Source: an uncultured Chloroflexia bacterium (GTDB lineage Bacteria; Chloroflexota; Limnocylindria; QHBO01). From it: a DNA stretch of 64,000 bases. A program made the position numbers and the translations under genes. The stretch's first letter is position 1, and each line of letters starts with the position of its first letter. Below, piece after piece: positions 7,791-19,693 of the stretch. The stretch is taken from positions 283,244-347,243 of the forward strand of contig CAWFCQ010000007.1 in the NCBI GenBank assembly GCA_963814375.1, written 5' to 3'. Under the pieces are notes generated by a model that saw only the letters and a program-made list of their open reading frames with translations, made no database searches and had not been told where the DNA came from.

Positions 7791-9170
7791 ATGGGTCATC
7801 GCGTCCGCTGTCCAGGGGAGCTCCATCTCGTGGCCCGACCTCGTGCTCGAACTCGCGCAATCTCGCACGCGGGCAAGCGTCGCCTCGGATCCGTCGTTTT
7901 TCTCACGGCGCTGACGCTGGCCGCGATCGGGGCCGCACCCAGAGCGGCCGCGGGTGCCACGGATCGGCTGCCGGACCTGCGCATGACGCCGGTCAAGGAC
8001 ATCCGCATCGTCGTCGAGGGCGGCCACCGTCGCCTGCGGTTCACGGCCATGATGGCCAACGTCGGCCAAGGCCACTTCGAGGTCCGCGGCAGTCGCAGCG
8101 GCGCCTCGGATCCGACAATGTCCATCAGCCAGGTGCTCTACAACAGCGCCGGCGGCTCCCGAACCATCGCCACGAACGCCTGGGGCCAATATGCCGGCGA
8201 CGGCCACGACCACTGGCACGTGCAGCAGATGATGAGCTACGGGCTATGGCCGGTCGGCAGCGGAACGTCGATCTCCCGTGGCGCGAAGGTCGGCTTCTGC
8301 TTCCTCGACACCAATGCCTGGAATCTCTCGCTGCCCGGCGCTCGACAGTCGTCGTACTACCGGGAGTCCTGGTGTGGCACACAGGCATCGACGACCAACC
8401 GCGTCGGGATCAGCCTCGGCTGGGCTGACAGCTACCCGTGGAGCTTCGCCTACCAGTGGGTCGACATCACCGGGCTCCCGGCCGGCGAGTACTACCTGCG
8501 CTCAATCGTGGATGAGTCGGACTACTTCGTGGAGACGAGCGATTCGAACAATTGCGCGTGGAATCGGATTCGCATCCCGGCGTCGGGCTCGAGCGTGACC
8601 TTGATCGGCAGCGGATCGAGCTGCATTGGCCCGACCAGCGCGGTCGCATTTCCCGGCCAGATCAGGTACGCAACCCCGCGTCGCGTGACCTTCGCTGCCG
8701 GCGAGCACGTCGGTCACCGCTTCAACACATCGGGCGTCACCACGAGCCGGTTCCCGGCCACGCTGGCCCGCGCCTCGAGCGCGTACGCGACGTTCTCCTC
8801 GACGATTCCGGGCAGGGCGGGCCGGTGGTTCTACATCAGCAACGGGCTCTGGGCCGGCTCGTGGATGCAGGAGTCGGCGAGGGTGGTCGGCGCGCCTCTA
8901 CCGGCCAACGCGGACGCATTCCCGAACACCGATCCGACGGCGTCGACCGCACGCGTCGAGCTCGCGGCAGGGAACCAGTATGGCTATCAGTTCACCGCGG
9001 CCGGCGCAACGATCGCGGCGAAATGGGCCAAGCTGGGAGCGCCTTCCGGAGCGCGCGTCGACCAACGGGGCTTCCTGCCCGGCAGATCCGGCCGATGGGT
9101 CCACGTCATCAACGGCACCTGGGCGGACTACTGGTTCCTCGAGTCCGCGACCGCTGTCTTCAACCCCTAG
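7791..9170 (+). CDS. Secreted lysyl oxidase family protein with two C-terminal repeats
   Basis: HDHWH Cu motif, AKVGFCFLDT, GISLGWADSY..QWVDITGLP.GEYYL..VD..ETSDSNN; start uncertain. Confidence 0.85.
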   Translation: MGHRVRCPGELHLVARPRARTRAISHAGKRRLGSVVFLTALTLAAIGAAPRAAAGATDRLPDLRMTPVKDIRIVVEGGHRRLRFTAMMANVGQGHFEVRGSRSGASDPTMSISQVLYNSAGGSRTIATNAWGQYAGDGHDHWHVQQMMSYGLWPVGSGTSISRGAKVGFCFLDTNAWNLSLPGARQSSYYRESWCGTQASTTNRVGISLGWADSYPWSFAYQWVDITGLPAGEYYLRSIVDESDYFVETSDSNNCAWNRIRIPASGSSVTLIGSGSSCIGPTSAVAFPGQIRYATPRRVTFAAGEHVGHRFNTSGVTTSRFPATLARASSAYATFSSTIPGRAGRWFYISNGLWAGSWMQESARVVGAPLPANADAFPNTDPTASTARVELAAGNQYGYQFTAAGATIAAKWAKLGAPSGARVDQRGFLPGRSGRWVHVINGTWADYWFLESATAVFNP

Positions 9171-9290
9171 CCATCGCCGGCGGCCCCCGTGCGATTCATC
9201 GACACCGACCACATGTGGGACACCGGCACCTCGCCGAAGGTGCGCCTCTAGGCATCGCGGTTTCGGGTGACCCTCGGCCCGCGGTTGAAA

Positions 9291-9358
9291 CGTCCGCATT
9301 CACACCAGAGGGGCACTAGCGGCGGAACTCGGCGGCGAACCGTCCGGATTCACACCAG
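9291..9358. repeat. Intergenic direct repeat CGTCCG(C/G)ATTCACACCAG x2, 50-bp period
   Basis: Copies at 9291 and 9341, 17/18 identical. Confidence 0.7.
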
Positions 9359-9504
9359 GTGACCACCGGCCCCCTGTGAGTGACCGTTCGGCACCTTCGG
9401 AAGCCACATAACGGCCACGTCATGTGAATTTGGTCGCGCCATCGGCCGCGCTCAGGCCGCCAGCGTCTCTCCCTCGTGGCCCAGCCAGGGAGTCCGCGGC
9501 GGTG

Positions 9505-9954
9505 CTAGTGGTCCTCCTCGAGGGTCGCCATCACCGACAGCTCGACGTTGCCCGCGAGCGCCCGCGAGATCGGGCAGCCGTCCTTTGCGGCCGCCGCCGC
9601 CGCCTCGAAAGCCGCCTCGTCGATACCGGGCACGGTGCCGACCACGTCGAGCTCAGACCGTGTCACTGTCCAGCTGTCGCCAACCTTGTCGAATGTGACG
9701 GTGGCGGAGACGTGGACGTGGTCCGGCGGCGTACCCGCCCGGGCAAGGCCGTTCGAGAGCGCCATCGAGAAGCACGACGCATGGGCTGCTGCAAGAAGCT
9801 CCTCGGGCGAGGTCTGCCCGCGAGGCCCCTCGGTGCGCGTGGACCAGGAGATCGGCAGATCGGTGAACAGCTCGCTCGTCCCGGCGGTGACCGTCCCGGA
9901 GCCTTCGAGAAGCGAGCCGGAATAGGTCACGGTGGCGGTTCGGCTGGCGGACAT
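9505..9954 (-). CDS. osmC: OsmC family peroxiredoxin
   Basis: SPEELLAAAHASCFSMALS and GCPISRAL; AAGGAG RBS. Confidence 0.92.
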   Translation of the reverse strand: MSASRTATVTYSGSLLEGSGTVTAGTSELFTDLPISWSTRTEGPRGQTSPEELLAAAHASCFSMALSNGLARAGTPPDHVHVSATVTFDKVGDSWTVTRSELDVVGTVPGIDEAAFEAAAAAAKDGCPISRALAGNVELSVMATLEEDH

Positions 9955-10010
9955 GGAAGCAGTCTCCTTCGATGGACTCGGGCGAGCCACCAGCCTAGTA
10001 CGATGCGGCC

Positions 10011-10994
10011 GTGTTCGAGCTGCGTCGGGACCCGGTCACCGGGTGGTGGTCGGCGATCGTGGCCGACCGGGCCTTCGAGCGCTCGGCCTTCGAGATCCCG
10101 GCACAGCCGGTGGAGGGTACGCACTGCCGCCACTGTGACGAGGCGCCGGAGCGCGAGCCGGACCACCTCGTCAGACGGGTGGCACTGCGTTCGCAGGCGT
10201 TCCATCGAATCGATTCGTCGAAGGCGACCGCCACGCAGCTCGCCATCAGCGAGGTCGAGCGCGCCACCGGTGCCTGGGAGATCCTGGTCGGACCGCGAGA
10301 CCATCACGAGCGCCTGGCCGATGCCAGCCCGCAGCTCGCCGGCGCTCTTCTTCGCGCCGCCCGCGACGCCATGCGAGCGCTGGCCGCGGGGCCACGCACA
10401 ACCGATGCCGAGGGAAGGCCGGAGCCGCTCTACATTCAGCTCGTCCAGAGCTACGGGATGCAGGCCGGCTCCCGCAGCTCACACCTCAACCTCGAGATGT
10501 ACGCCATCCCGCAGGTGCCGCACTGGGTGGCCGAGGAGATCGGTGGTGGCGCCCGACAGATGATCAAGACCCGCCGCTGCGTGTGGTGCGCCCTGGCCGA
10601 GGCCGAGGAGGAGAACGAGGAGCGGCTCGTCCTCGCCGACCACCATGCCATCGTCTTCACGCCCGCCGCCAGCCGATCGGCATTCGAGATGATGGTCGTC
10701 CCGCGTCAGCACGCGGCGGACTTCACGGCGCTCGACGACGACGCCATCACCGATACGACCGCCACGCTCCAGCGAGCCCTCCACGCGCTCGACGTCCTCG
10801 GCGACCCGCCCTACAACCTCTTCCTGCACACCGCGCCGGCCGGTGAGCGGCTCGACCAGACGTTCCACTGGCACTGGGAGATCCATCCCCGGCTGCGGAC
10901 GATTGCCGGTCTCGAGCGCGCCACCGCCCTCGCCGTCAACCCGGCGGCGCCCGAGTACGCGGCCGACGTCCTGCGCCAGCACCTGCATCGGTAA
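10011..10994 (+). CDS. GalT/ADP-glucose phosphorylase-like protein with degenerate HxH motif
   Basis: ELRRDPVTGWW, CRHC, CVWC, HWHWEIHPRL..AGLE..VNP..PE; HLNLE in place of HPHSQ. Confidence 0.85.
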   Translation: MFELRRDPVTGWWSAIVADRAFERSAFEIPAQPVEGTHCRHCDEAPEREPDHLVRRVALRSQAFHRIDSSKATATQLAISEVERATGAWEILVGPRDHHERLADASPQLAGALLRAARDAMRALAAGPRTTDAEGRPEPLYIQLVQSYGMQAGSRSSHLNLEMYAIPQVPHWVAEEIGGGARQMIKTRRCVWCALAEAEEENEERLVLADHHAIVFTPAASRSAFEMMVVPRQHAADFTALDDDAITDTTATLQRALHALDVLGDPPYNLFLHTAPAGERLDQTFHWHWEIHPRLRTIAGLERATALAVNPAAPEYAADVLRQHLHR

Positions 10995-11065
10995 CAGATG
11001 CGGATCGCGGTGCGTCACGGGCCAACCAGACGGGGACGATCTGTGCGGAGGACGAGGTGCAGTCG

Positions 11066-11641
11066 ATGGCAGTGCCCGGCAGGATCCCGTGGGGCGATCC
11101 CGCGGTGACCCGTGATGCCGGCGAGGACCGGGAAACCGCGTTCGCCCAGCTCTTCGAGGAGTTCTCCGCCCCGATTTACAACTACGTCCTGCGCATGGTC
11201 GCCGATGCGGATCGTGCCGCCGACATCACCCAGGAGACCTTCATCAAGGCGTACCGCAAGCTCGACACGGTGACCGAGGCCACCTCGACCCGCTCATGGC
11301 TGTATCGGATCGCGACGAACACCGCCATCGACGACATGCGCCGCCGCCGCAACGTGACCACGATGAGCGACGATCAGCCCGTCTTCGCCAACCGGCCCGA
11401 CGATCGGCCCGGCCCGGAGGCGCAGGTCATGGCATCCACGCTCGACGAGCGCGTCCAGCGCGCGCTCTCGACCCTGCGCCCGAACCACCGCGAGTGCCTC
11501 CTGCTCAGCGACCTCGAGGACATGAGCGCCCAGCAGATCGGCGAGGTGATGGGCCTCTCGTACGGGGCCGTGCGGACGCTGCTGTGCCGCGCTCGAGGTG
11601 AGATGAGGCGGGCGCTGGCGGCGGAGGGCTTTGCCCGATGA
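11066..11641 (+). CDS. ECF RNA polymerase sigma factor
   Basis: AADITQETFIKAY, SWLYRIATN, region 4 GAVRTLLCRAR. Confidence 0.93.
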   Translation: MAVPGRIPWGDPAVTRDAGEDRETAFAQLFEEFSAPIYNYVLRMVADADRAADITQETFIKAYRKLDTVTEATSTRSWLYRIATNTAIDDMRRRRNVTTMSDDQPVFANRPDDRPGPEAQVMASTLDERVQRALSTLRPNHRECLLLSDLEDMSAQQIGEVMGLSYGAVRTLLCRARGEMRRALAAEGFAR

Positions 11642-13357
11642 GCAGGGATCGGAGCATGGATCGCCACGAGCAATTCGAGGAGCTCATCAGCGCCTCGCTG
11701 TCGGGAGATCTGACCCTAGACGAGCGCCGCCGGCTGGACGCGCACCTTGACACCTGCGACACGTGCCGCGCCACGCTGGCCGCCTTCGCCGATCAGCGCC
11801 GGATGGTGGCCGGGCTTCGTCACGTCCCGGTTCCGCATGATCTCGATGCCCGCGTCCGCGCCGGCGTGGAGCGTGCGGCGGTCCCCTGGTGGCGCCGTCC
11901 GCGGACGATCCTGCTCGGTGCGACCGGCGGGCTCGCGGTCGTGGCCGGGGCGTTGCTGGCACTTGTTCTGCTCGACACACCCGCGGACGAGCCACAGGTC
12001 GGGGAGGCGACGCCATCGGTGACGCCGAGCTTCGTGTCCGTTCCCAGCGAGACGCCCATCCCGACCCTTCCCCCGTCCTCCCCGGGGCCATCGTCGGCCG
12101 CCACACCGACGCCTCAGCCAAGCGAGCCCGCATCACCGCCCGCGACACCCGCACCCACACCCACACCGGTCAGCCCGGAACCAGCCGTCTTCGTTGCCGT
12201 GACCGGCGACTTCGACAGCCAGGCGATGACGGTTCGCGACGGGACAACCGGTGCCACGGTCGGCGAGCTCGAGACGCCGTCCGGCGAGCCAATCGCGGCC
12301 GAGCTCTCTCCCGACGGCCAGTGGCTGGCCTACATCACCACCGTCGGGCTGAGCGGCATGAACGAGGTGCGGGCGACCCGGATCGCGGATGAATCGGAGA
12401 GCGAGGCACAGGAGACCATCGTCCTCGGTCGCTCGGTGGCAGGCAGCCCGTTCCTGGAGCGGCTGTTCTGGTCGGCGGACAGCAGGTATCTCGCGTTCAG
12501 CCTGGCGGATACCTCGGGGGGCGGCGTCGATGCCTGGCTGCTCGACACCTCGCAGGACCTGCCCGGTCGCAAGCTGACGAATACCGGAACAACGTACGCG
12601 GGGAGCTTCACGCGGGACGGCCACCTCTGGGTCAGCTCGGCCGGCGAGACGCCCACCGGGTACCTCCTCCCAGCTTCGGTCGTCGAGACCGGGCGAGGAG
12701 ATCGACGCGGAGGAGCTCGCCAACGTGGCCGACGACGCGGCCGACGTCTTCCAGCCACTGATCAGCCCGAACGGCGCGTTCCTCATCTACTGGACCGGCC
12801 GCATGGAGCGCGTCGGCGACGAGTGGCTCTTCAGTGAGGGCGGCGCACCGTGGCTGGCTGAGAATCGGGATGACGGCCAGGGCGGATACGAGTTCGCCTC
12901 GGCGCGGTACCTCTTCGGGGACCTGACGATCGACCGTGACGCGTTCGCGTCGGCGGCGATCACGTGGGGCGGAGACAGCGACGCATACGCGGTGTGGGAC
13001 GCCGCCTGGACGGGGGTCCCGCAGTCGTCGAGTGGCGACTACCCAGATCCTGTGCGGGTGTACTTCGGCCATGCCACCGACCCGCGTGGCCTGACACAGG
13101 ACCACGCCATCGATGCGGCGGACATCCCGCCCGACGGCTTCGTGGTCGACGTCAAGGTCGCGCCGACCGGCCGACATCTCGTCATCACAGCCGGTCAGCC
13201 GCGACCAGGGGACCTTGCCCCGCCGAGCGCCGATCTGCTCCTCATCGAGCGCAACACCGGGACCGTCCCTGACGGGGTGACGGTCATCGGTAACGCCGCC
13301 GAGGGATGGTTCGGGCCGGCCGCCTTCCCCGCCCCTGACGAGGCCGCCGCGCCGTAG
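11638..13357 (+). CDS. Zinc-finger (ZAS) anti-sigma factor with TM and extracellular propeller-like domain; frameshift near 12691
   Basis: HLDTCDTC motif, TM, P/S/T linker, SPDG repeats; ORFs 11638..12837 and 12725..13357 join on removing one G. Confidence 0.8.
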
Positions 13358-13382
13358 CGCATCGGTATACTCGCGGGCGAGC

Positions 13383-14884
<1,502 letters not shown>

Positions 14885-14888
<4 letters not shown>

Positions 14889-16222
14889 CCGACGGTCGCT
14901 TCGGACGCCTCTCCGATGCGCCCGCCTCGTTCACCCTGATCGGCGCGAGGATCGTCGACCCATCGGAGGGGACCGATGCGATCCGCGACCTTTTCGTCCG
15001 GGACGGTGTGATCGTCGAGCAGGCGCCCGTTGGCGGCGAGGTCATCGACGCCAGCGGGCTCGTGGTGGCACCCGGCTTCTGCGATCTGCACTCCCACCTC
15101 CGCGAACCCGGCGACTCCGCGGCCGAGACGATCGAGACCGGCGCACGGGCGGCGGCGCGAGGCGGCTTCACCACCACCTGCGCCATGCCGAACACGCACC
15201 CTCCCATCGACGGAGCTGATGGCGTGCGCCGTGTGTCGGCTGCCGCGGGCGGGGCCGCGTGCCGGATCCGAGTCATCGGGGCGGCCACCATCGGACGCGA
15301 GGGTTCGAAATTGGCCGACCTCGATGGCATGTCCAACGCCGGGGCGATCGGTTTCTCTGACGATGGCGCCGCCGTCCCGAACGAGGTGGCGCTTGAGGTC
15401 GCCCGGCGGGTTGCGGCGCTCGAGGCCACCCTCTTCGAGCACGCAGAGGATGCCGAGATCACGGCCGGTGGCGTGATGCGCGAGGGCCTGGTTGCCACCC
15501 GCCTCGGCCTGCCGGGTTGGCCGGCGGAGGCCGAGCGGACCGTCGTCGAGCGCGACCTTGCGCTCGCCGACGAGACGGGGGCTCGGATCCACCTTACCCA
15601 TCTCTCGACGGCCGGGGCGATCGAGGCGGTCCGGGAAGCGAAGGCGCGCGGCGTGGCTGTGACCTGCGACGTCACCCCGCACCACCTTGCCCTGACCGAT
15701 GCGTGGGTCGCCGGGTCGCGGCAATTCGCCTGGGAGGACCCGGTCCTCGACGATGCGCTCGCCTACGACGGGGCGTGCCGGGTCAATCCGCCACTCGGCC
15801 CCCGCGATGACGCGCTCGCGCTGCTTGCCGCCGTCGCCGACGGCACCGTCGACGCCGTGGCGACCGACCACGCCCCGCATCCTCCCGAGCGGAAGCTCGT
15901 CCCATTCGAGGAAGCGGCGCCGGGCCTCATCGGTCTCGAGACGGCGCTCTCGCTCGGGCTGGCAGCGGTCGAGGCCGGGCGTCTGACGCTTTCAGCCCTG
16001 ATCGCCGCGCTCTCGACGGGGCCGGCGCGGATCATTGGCGAGGAGCGCGGCCTCGCCACCGGCGCATTGGCGGACCTGGTGGCCTTCGATCCGACCGATC
16101 GCTGGCGAGTGGAGACGGAGTCGCTGGCATCGGCGTCGGCGAACACCCCGCTGCTCGGCATGGAGCTGCCCGGCGTCGTGCGGCTGACGGTCGCCGGTGG
16201 CCGCGTGACGTATCGGTCCTGA
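14885..16222 (+). CDS. pyrC: Dihydroorotase
   Basis: DLHSHLREPG, MPNT, VNPPL, ATDHAPH. Confidence 0.95.
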
Positions 16223-16288
16223 GCGACCTCCGGCGCGATATGGGACCATTCGGCCGCCACTCGCCGCCAAGATCAGACGAGGCATGGC

Positions 16289-16603
16289 TTGTCGATTCGT
16301 TACAACGAGGATCTCGACCCCAACGAAGGGCCGGGATTCGGGTGCTTCGTCACCCAGGCGATCCTGTTCGCCGTTCTCCTGCTCCTCATCCCGGTCGGCC
16401 TCTTCACATTCCACTGGCCCGTTCCGGTGCTCATCGGCTTGCTCATCCTGGCCATGATCCTTCTCTTCTTCGTGAGCATGACGAGCGTCTTCCTGCTGCG
16501 CGTCTTCTTCGCCGATCGGCGGCGCGGACGCGGGCGGCAGACCGGCGTGGCGAAGCCGCAGACTCGGGTCATCACCACCGAAACGGAGGACAACGATGAG
16601 TGA
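16289..16603 (+). CDS. Hypothetical 2-TM membrane protein
   Basis: Two hydrophobic helices; TTG start; within the pyr gene run. Confidence 0.75.
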   Translation: MSIRYNEDLDPNEGPGFGCFVTQAILFAVLLLLIPVGLFTFHWPVPVLIGLLILAMILLFFVSMTSVFLLRVFFADRRRGRGRQTGVAKPQTRVITTETEDNDE

Positions 16604-16612
16604 GGCACGCCG

Positions 16613-16939
16613 ATGCCGCTGATGGTGACCTTCTTCAACGTCCGCAAGGGCCGCGACACGCTCTTCAAGCGTGGCATGCGCCACATGTTTCCTCGCCAGG
16701 CGCGCCAGACGGAGGAGAAGTACGGCATCCGCTTCGTGGGCTGGTTCAACGTCACCGAGGGCTCGACCTGGAACAACGTCCTCATCCTCGACCTGCCGAA
16801 CTACGCGGTGCTCGACCAGCTGTACGCGGACCCGAGCATGCGCGGCTTCGGGCATCGGGTGGCCGAATCGATCTTCGACTCCAAGCACACGATCTTCCTG
16901 CGCGAGCGGATGGGCCCGGACTTCGTGTTCAAGCCATGA
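16613..16939 (+). CDS. Hypothetical protein, possibly NIPSNAP/GYD-like dimeric alpha-beta barrel
   Basis: EEKYGIRFVGWF...ILDLPNY pattern; good codon bias; fold guess is inference. Confidence 0.7.
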   Translation: MPLMVTFFNVRKGRDTLFKRGMRHMFPRQARQTEEKYGIRFVGWFNVTEGSTWNNVLILDLPNYAVLDQLYADPSMRGFGHRVAESIFDSKHTIFLRERMGPDFVFKP

Positions 16940-17769
16940 CCGAAGGGTCGCCCAGCTCCCCACGGATCGTTGCGTTGCGCGAGCTGGCCGCCGAGGCCGA
17001 GCTCGAGCGACGCGACTTCGTGTACGAGGCGACCGAGCAGCTCCGCCGATTCGTCGATTCCAACCGCGAGCGCCTGCTCGAGATCGGCCCGATCAAGCTC
17101 GTCGATGACGAGCAGGACTACCTGCTCTACCACCCGATCGACGAGACGTGGACCACGCGCCTCACCTACCAGGACCCGGCCGACAACGAGTGGTACGACG
17201 AGGAGCAGCTGGTCGGGTCGATCGCCGAGCTGGTCGAGCTCTACAACCCGGCCGACATCTTCTCCTGGATCATGGAAGCCGCGCGCGATGCTCCCGCCCA
17301 CCTCGTCGCAGCCGATGAGCTGGCCCGCGAGGAGGAGCTGATCGAGCCGGTGGCCGACGACTGGCAGGCCGACCTGCCCTCGACGCAGCAGGAGACGCTG
17401 GCCGCGCAGCGCCTCTGGCAGCTGGCCGATGCGTACCGCACGCAGCTGGCCACCGCCCAGGCCCAGCACCTGCGCGAGTTCGCCGCGAACGCCGAGGAGG
17501 TCCTGCGCCGCACCGGTGAGCTGCTGCTGCTCGACGAGCCGGAGGACGTGCTGGTGCTGCGGGCCGACGGCCGCTTCGAGACCTCCATCGACCTCTCCGA
17601 TCGGCCTGACGAGGTGGTCGCGGCCGTCGAGCCGCAACGCGCCGGCCTGACGGTGACCGAGGCCCGAACCATCGCCTCCTTCTACGACCCCGCGGACGTG
17701 CTGCACTGGGTGACCGAGGCGCTCGCCGAGCGCTACCCCACGGTCGACTTCAGCGCCGTCTACGAATGA
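16936..17769 (+). CDS. Acidic hypothetical protein with internal duplication
   Basis: ATGA overlaps at both ends; LYNPADIFSWIMEA / FYDPADVLHWVTEA. Confidence 0.8.
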   Translation: MTEGSPSSPRIVALRELAAEAELERRDFVYEATEQLRRFVDSNRERLLEIGPIKLVDDEQDYLLYHPIDETWTTRLTYQDPADNEWYDEEQLVGSIAELVELYNPADIFSWIMEAARDAPAHLVAADELAREEELIEPVADDWQADLPSTQQETLAAQRLWQLADAYRTQLATAQAQHLREFAANAEEVLRRTGELLLLDEPEDVLVLRADGRFETSIDLSDRPDEVVAAVEPQRAGLTVTEARTIASFYDPADVLHWVTEALAERYPTVDFSAVYE

Positions 17770-18359
17770 CCGATGCGGACCTGCGCGCCGCCCCCGTCGA
17801 GGAGCTGTTCGAACGCTCCGGCGCCCTGCTCGAGGGCCACTTCCTCCTGAAGTCCGGGCGGCACGCCGGGCGTTACCTCGAGAAGTTCCTCGTCCTCCAG
17901 CATCCACGCTATGGGGTGGAGCTCTGCCGGCGCTTTGCGGAGGCCCTCGCCCCGTACCAGCCGAGCCTCGTGGTCGGCCCGACGACGGGCGGCGTGCTCC
18001 TCTCGTTCGAGACGGCGCGCCAGCTCGGAGGATCGGTGCGCGCGGCCTTCGCCGAGCCGATCGCATCTGGCGGGCGGGCGCTGCGGCGTGGCTGGGAGGT
18101 CGCGGCCGACGAGCGGGTCGTGCTGGTGGACGACATCCTCACCACCGGCGCCTCTCTGCTCGAGACGGTTGAGGCCGTGCGCGCCGCCGGCGTCGAGCCG
18201 CTGGCGGCGGCGGTCATGGTCGACCGCTCGACGGCCCCCGTCGACCTGGGTGGCGTACGGCTGCATGCGCTCGGCCGGATCGAGATCCCGTCATGGAATG
18301 CCGGCGAGTGTCCGCTCTGCGCGGACGGGATGCCACTCCACAAGCCCGGAAGTAGCTAG
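17766..18359 (+). CDS. pyrE: Orotate phosphoribosyltransferase
   Basis: GHFLLKSGRH, LVDDILTTGAS, C-terminal CPLC..KPGS. Confidence 0.95.
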   Translation: MTDADLRAAPVEELFERSGALLEGHFLLKSGRHAGRYLEKFLVLQHPRYGVELCRRFAEALAPYQPSLVVGPTTGGVLLSFETARQLGGSVRAAFAEPIASGGRALRRGWEVAADERVVLVDDILTTGASLLETVEAVRAAGVEPLAAAVMVDRSTAPVDLGGVRLHALGRIEIPSWNAGECPLCADGMPLHKPGSS

Positions 18360-19693
18360 CCCTTGGCCCCGCCGGTGAAGTTCCACGATGCGAGGTGCAG
18401 CGACGGCACCACGTACGCCCCCAGGCCGAAGGTCGCGCCACCGACCAGGGTGAGATCGGACCCCACGCCCTTGACCGCGCCCGGCGCCAGCGCCTCGAGG
18501 TATGACTGGGTGAAGCGCAGGTTCGTGACCGGTCGCACGATCCTGCCGTCCTCGACAAGCCACACGCCGTTGCGCGTCAGGCCGGTGACCACCATCGTTC
18601 GCGGGTCGAGGATGCGCGTGTACCACAGGTCCGTCACCAGCAGGCCACGCTCCATCGCGCCGACCAGCGCGTCGGGCGTCGATGTGCCCGGGTCGAGCAC
18701 GAGGTTGGCCGGCAGCGCGCCGAATGGGCCGGCCCCGGCGACCGCGTTGCCCGTCGACTCGGCACCAAGCGCCTTGGCGGTCCGGCGATCGTTGACCAGC
18801 CCGGCTGTGACGCCATCGGTGATGAGCGGCAACCGCCGCTTGGGGGTGCCTTCGGCATCGAAGCCGATGCCTACGCCCATCGGGTGGCCCACGTCATCGG
18901 CGACCGAGAGCGTCTCGTCGAACTGCGCCTCGCCGACGCGCGCGAACGATCGGCCCTCCTCGACCGCGCGGCCGTTGAAGCCGTAGATCGCCAGGAATCC
19001 GAGGACGTTGACGACGCACGACGGCGACATCACCACCTCGTAGCGGCCGGGCTCGAGGTCGGTTGCCGCAGCCGAGTCACGAGCGCGCTTCGTCGCGAGC
19101 ACGCCGACGGCTCCTCCATCGAGGTCCGAGAGCCGGACCGATGCGGCCCGATCGGCTCCGTCCGAGCTGCCGGTGCGCGCGATCCCGTCGATCTGAGCCT
19201 GCGTGCTCCGGCCGCTGGCACGCTGGCCGGCAGAGTTCGCGAAGACGGTCTCGAGGCCCTCGGTCGAGCAGAACCCGGCAGTCTCGAGCCCGTCCGCGGC
19301 GTGAACGAACGACGCGATGCGCTCCGCCCGCTCGTCGGGCGCCGCGGATGCCGTGCCGTCGTCCCAGTGGTCGACCTTCGGCGTTTCGGCAACCGGTGCG
19401 AGACCCGGCCAGCCGGGATCGACCGGCTGAAGGCGAGCGGCTTCGAGGGTCGAGCGGACGAGGCGCGCGAGCGCGTCGTCATCGGTCCGGTTGTCGGTTG
19501 CCTCGGCGACGCGACCGTCGAGGGCAACCCGCAGGTGAACCTCGCGCGCGGCGTCGGCCACGTTCTGGTGGATGAAGCTGGTTGCGAAGCGGGTCAGCGC
19601 CTCGGTGCCCTGCGTGACGGTGACCTCGGCCTCGGCCTCGTTTCCCGCGAGGCTGAGCACGCGCTCGGCGGTTGATAGGAGACGGTCGTTCAT
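18356..19693 (-). CDS. tldE: TldE/PmbA family protein
   Basis: LTRFATSFIHQN, FDAEGTP, WYTRILDPR..TGLTRNG, NLRFTQS; coupled to tldD. Confidence 0.88.
   Translation of the reverse strand: MNDRLLSTAERVLSLAGNEAEAEVTVTQGTEALTRFATSFIHQNVADAAREVHLRVALDGRVAEATDNRTDDDALARLVRSTLEAARLQPVDPGWPGLAPVAETPKVDHWDDGTASAAPDERAERIASFVHAADGLETAGFCSTEGLETVFANSAGQRASGRSTQAQIDGIARTGSSDGADRAASVRLSDLDGGAVGVLATKRARDSAAATDLEPGRYEVVMSPSCVVNVLGFLAIYGFNGRAVEEGRSFARVGEAQFDETLSVADDVGHPMGVGIGFDAEGTPKRRLPLITDGVTAGLVNDRRTAKALGAESTGNAVAGAGPFGALPANLVLDPGTSTPDALVGAMERGLLVTDLWYTRILDPRTMVVTGLTRNGVWLVEDGRIVRPVTNLRFTQSYLEALAPGAVKGVGSDLTLVGGATFGLGAYVVPSLHLASWNFTGGAKG

Noticed and set aside
16600-16935. N-terminal extension of the 389-aa ORF
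   Set aside because: Overlaps the better 16613..16939 gene; ATG 16936 gives a clean ATGA coupling
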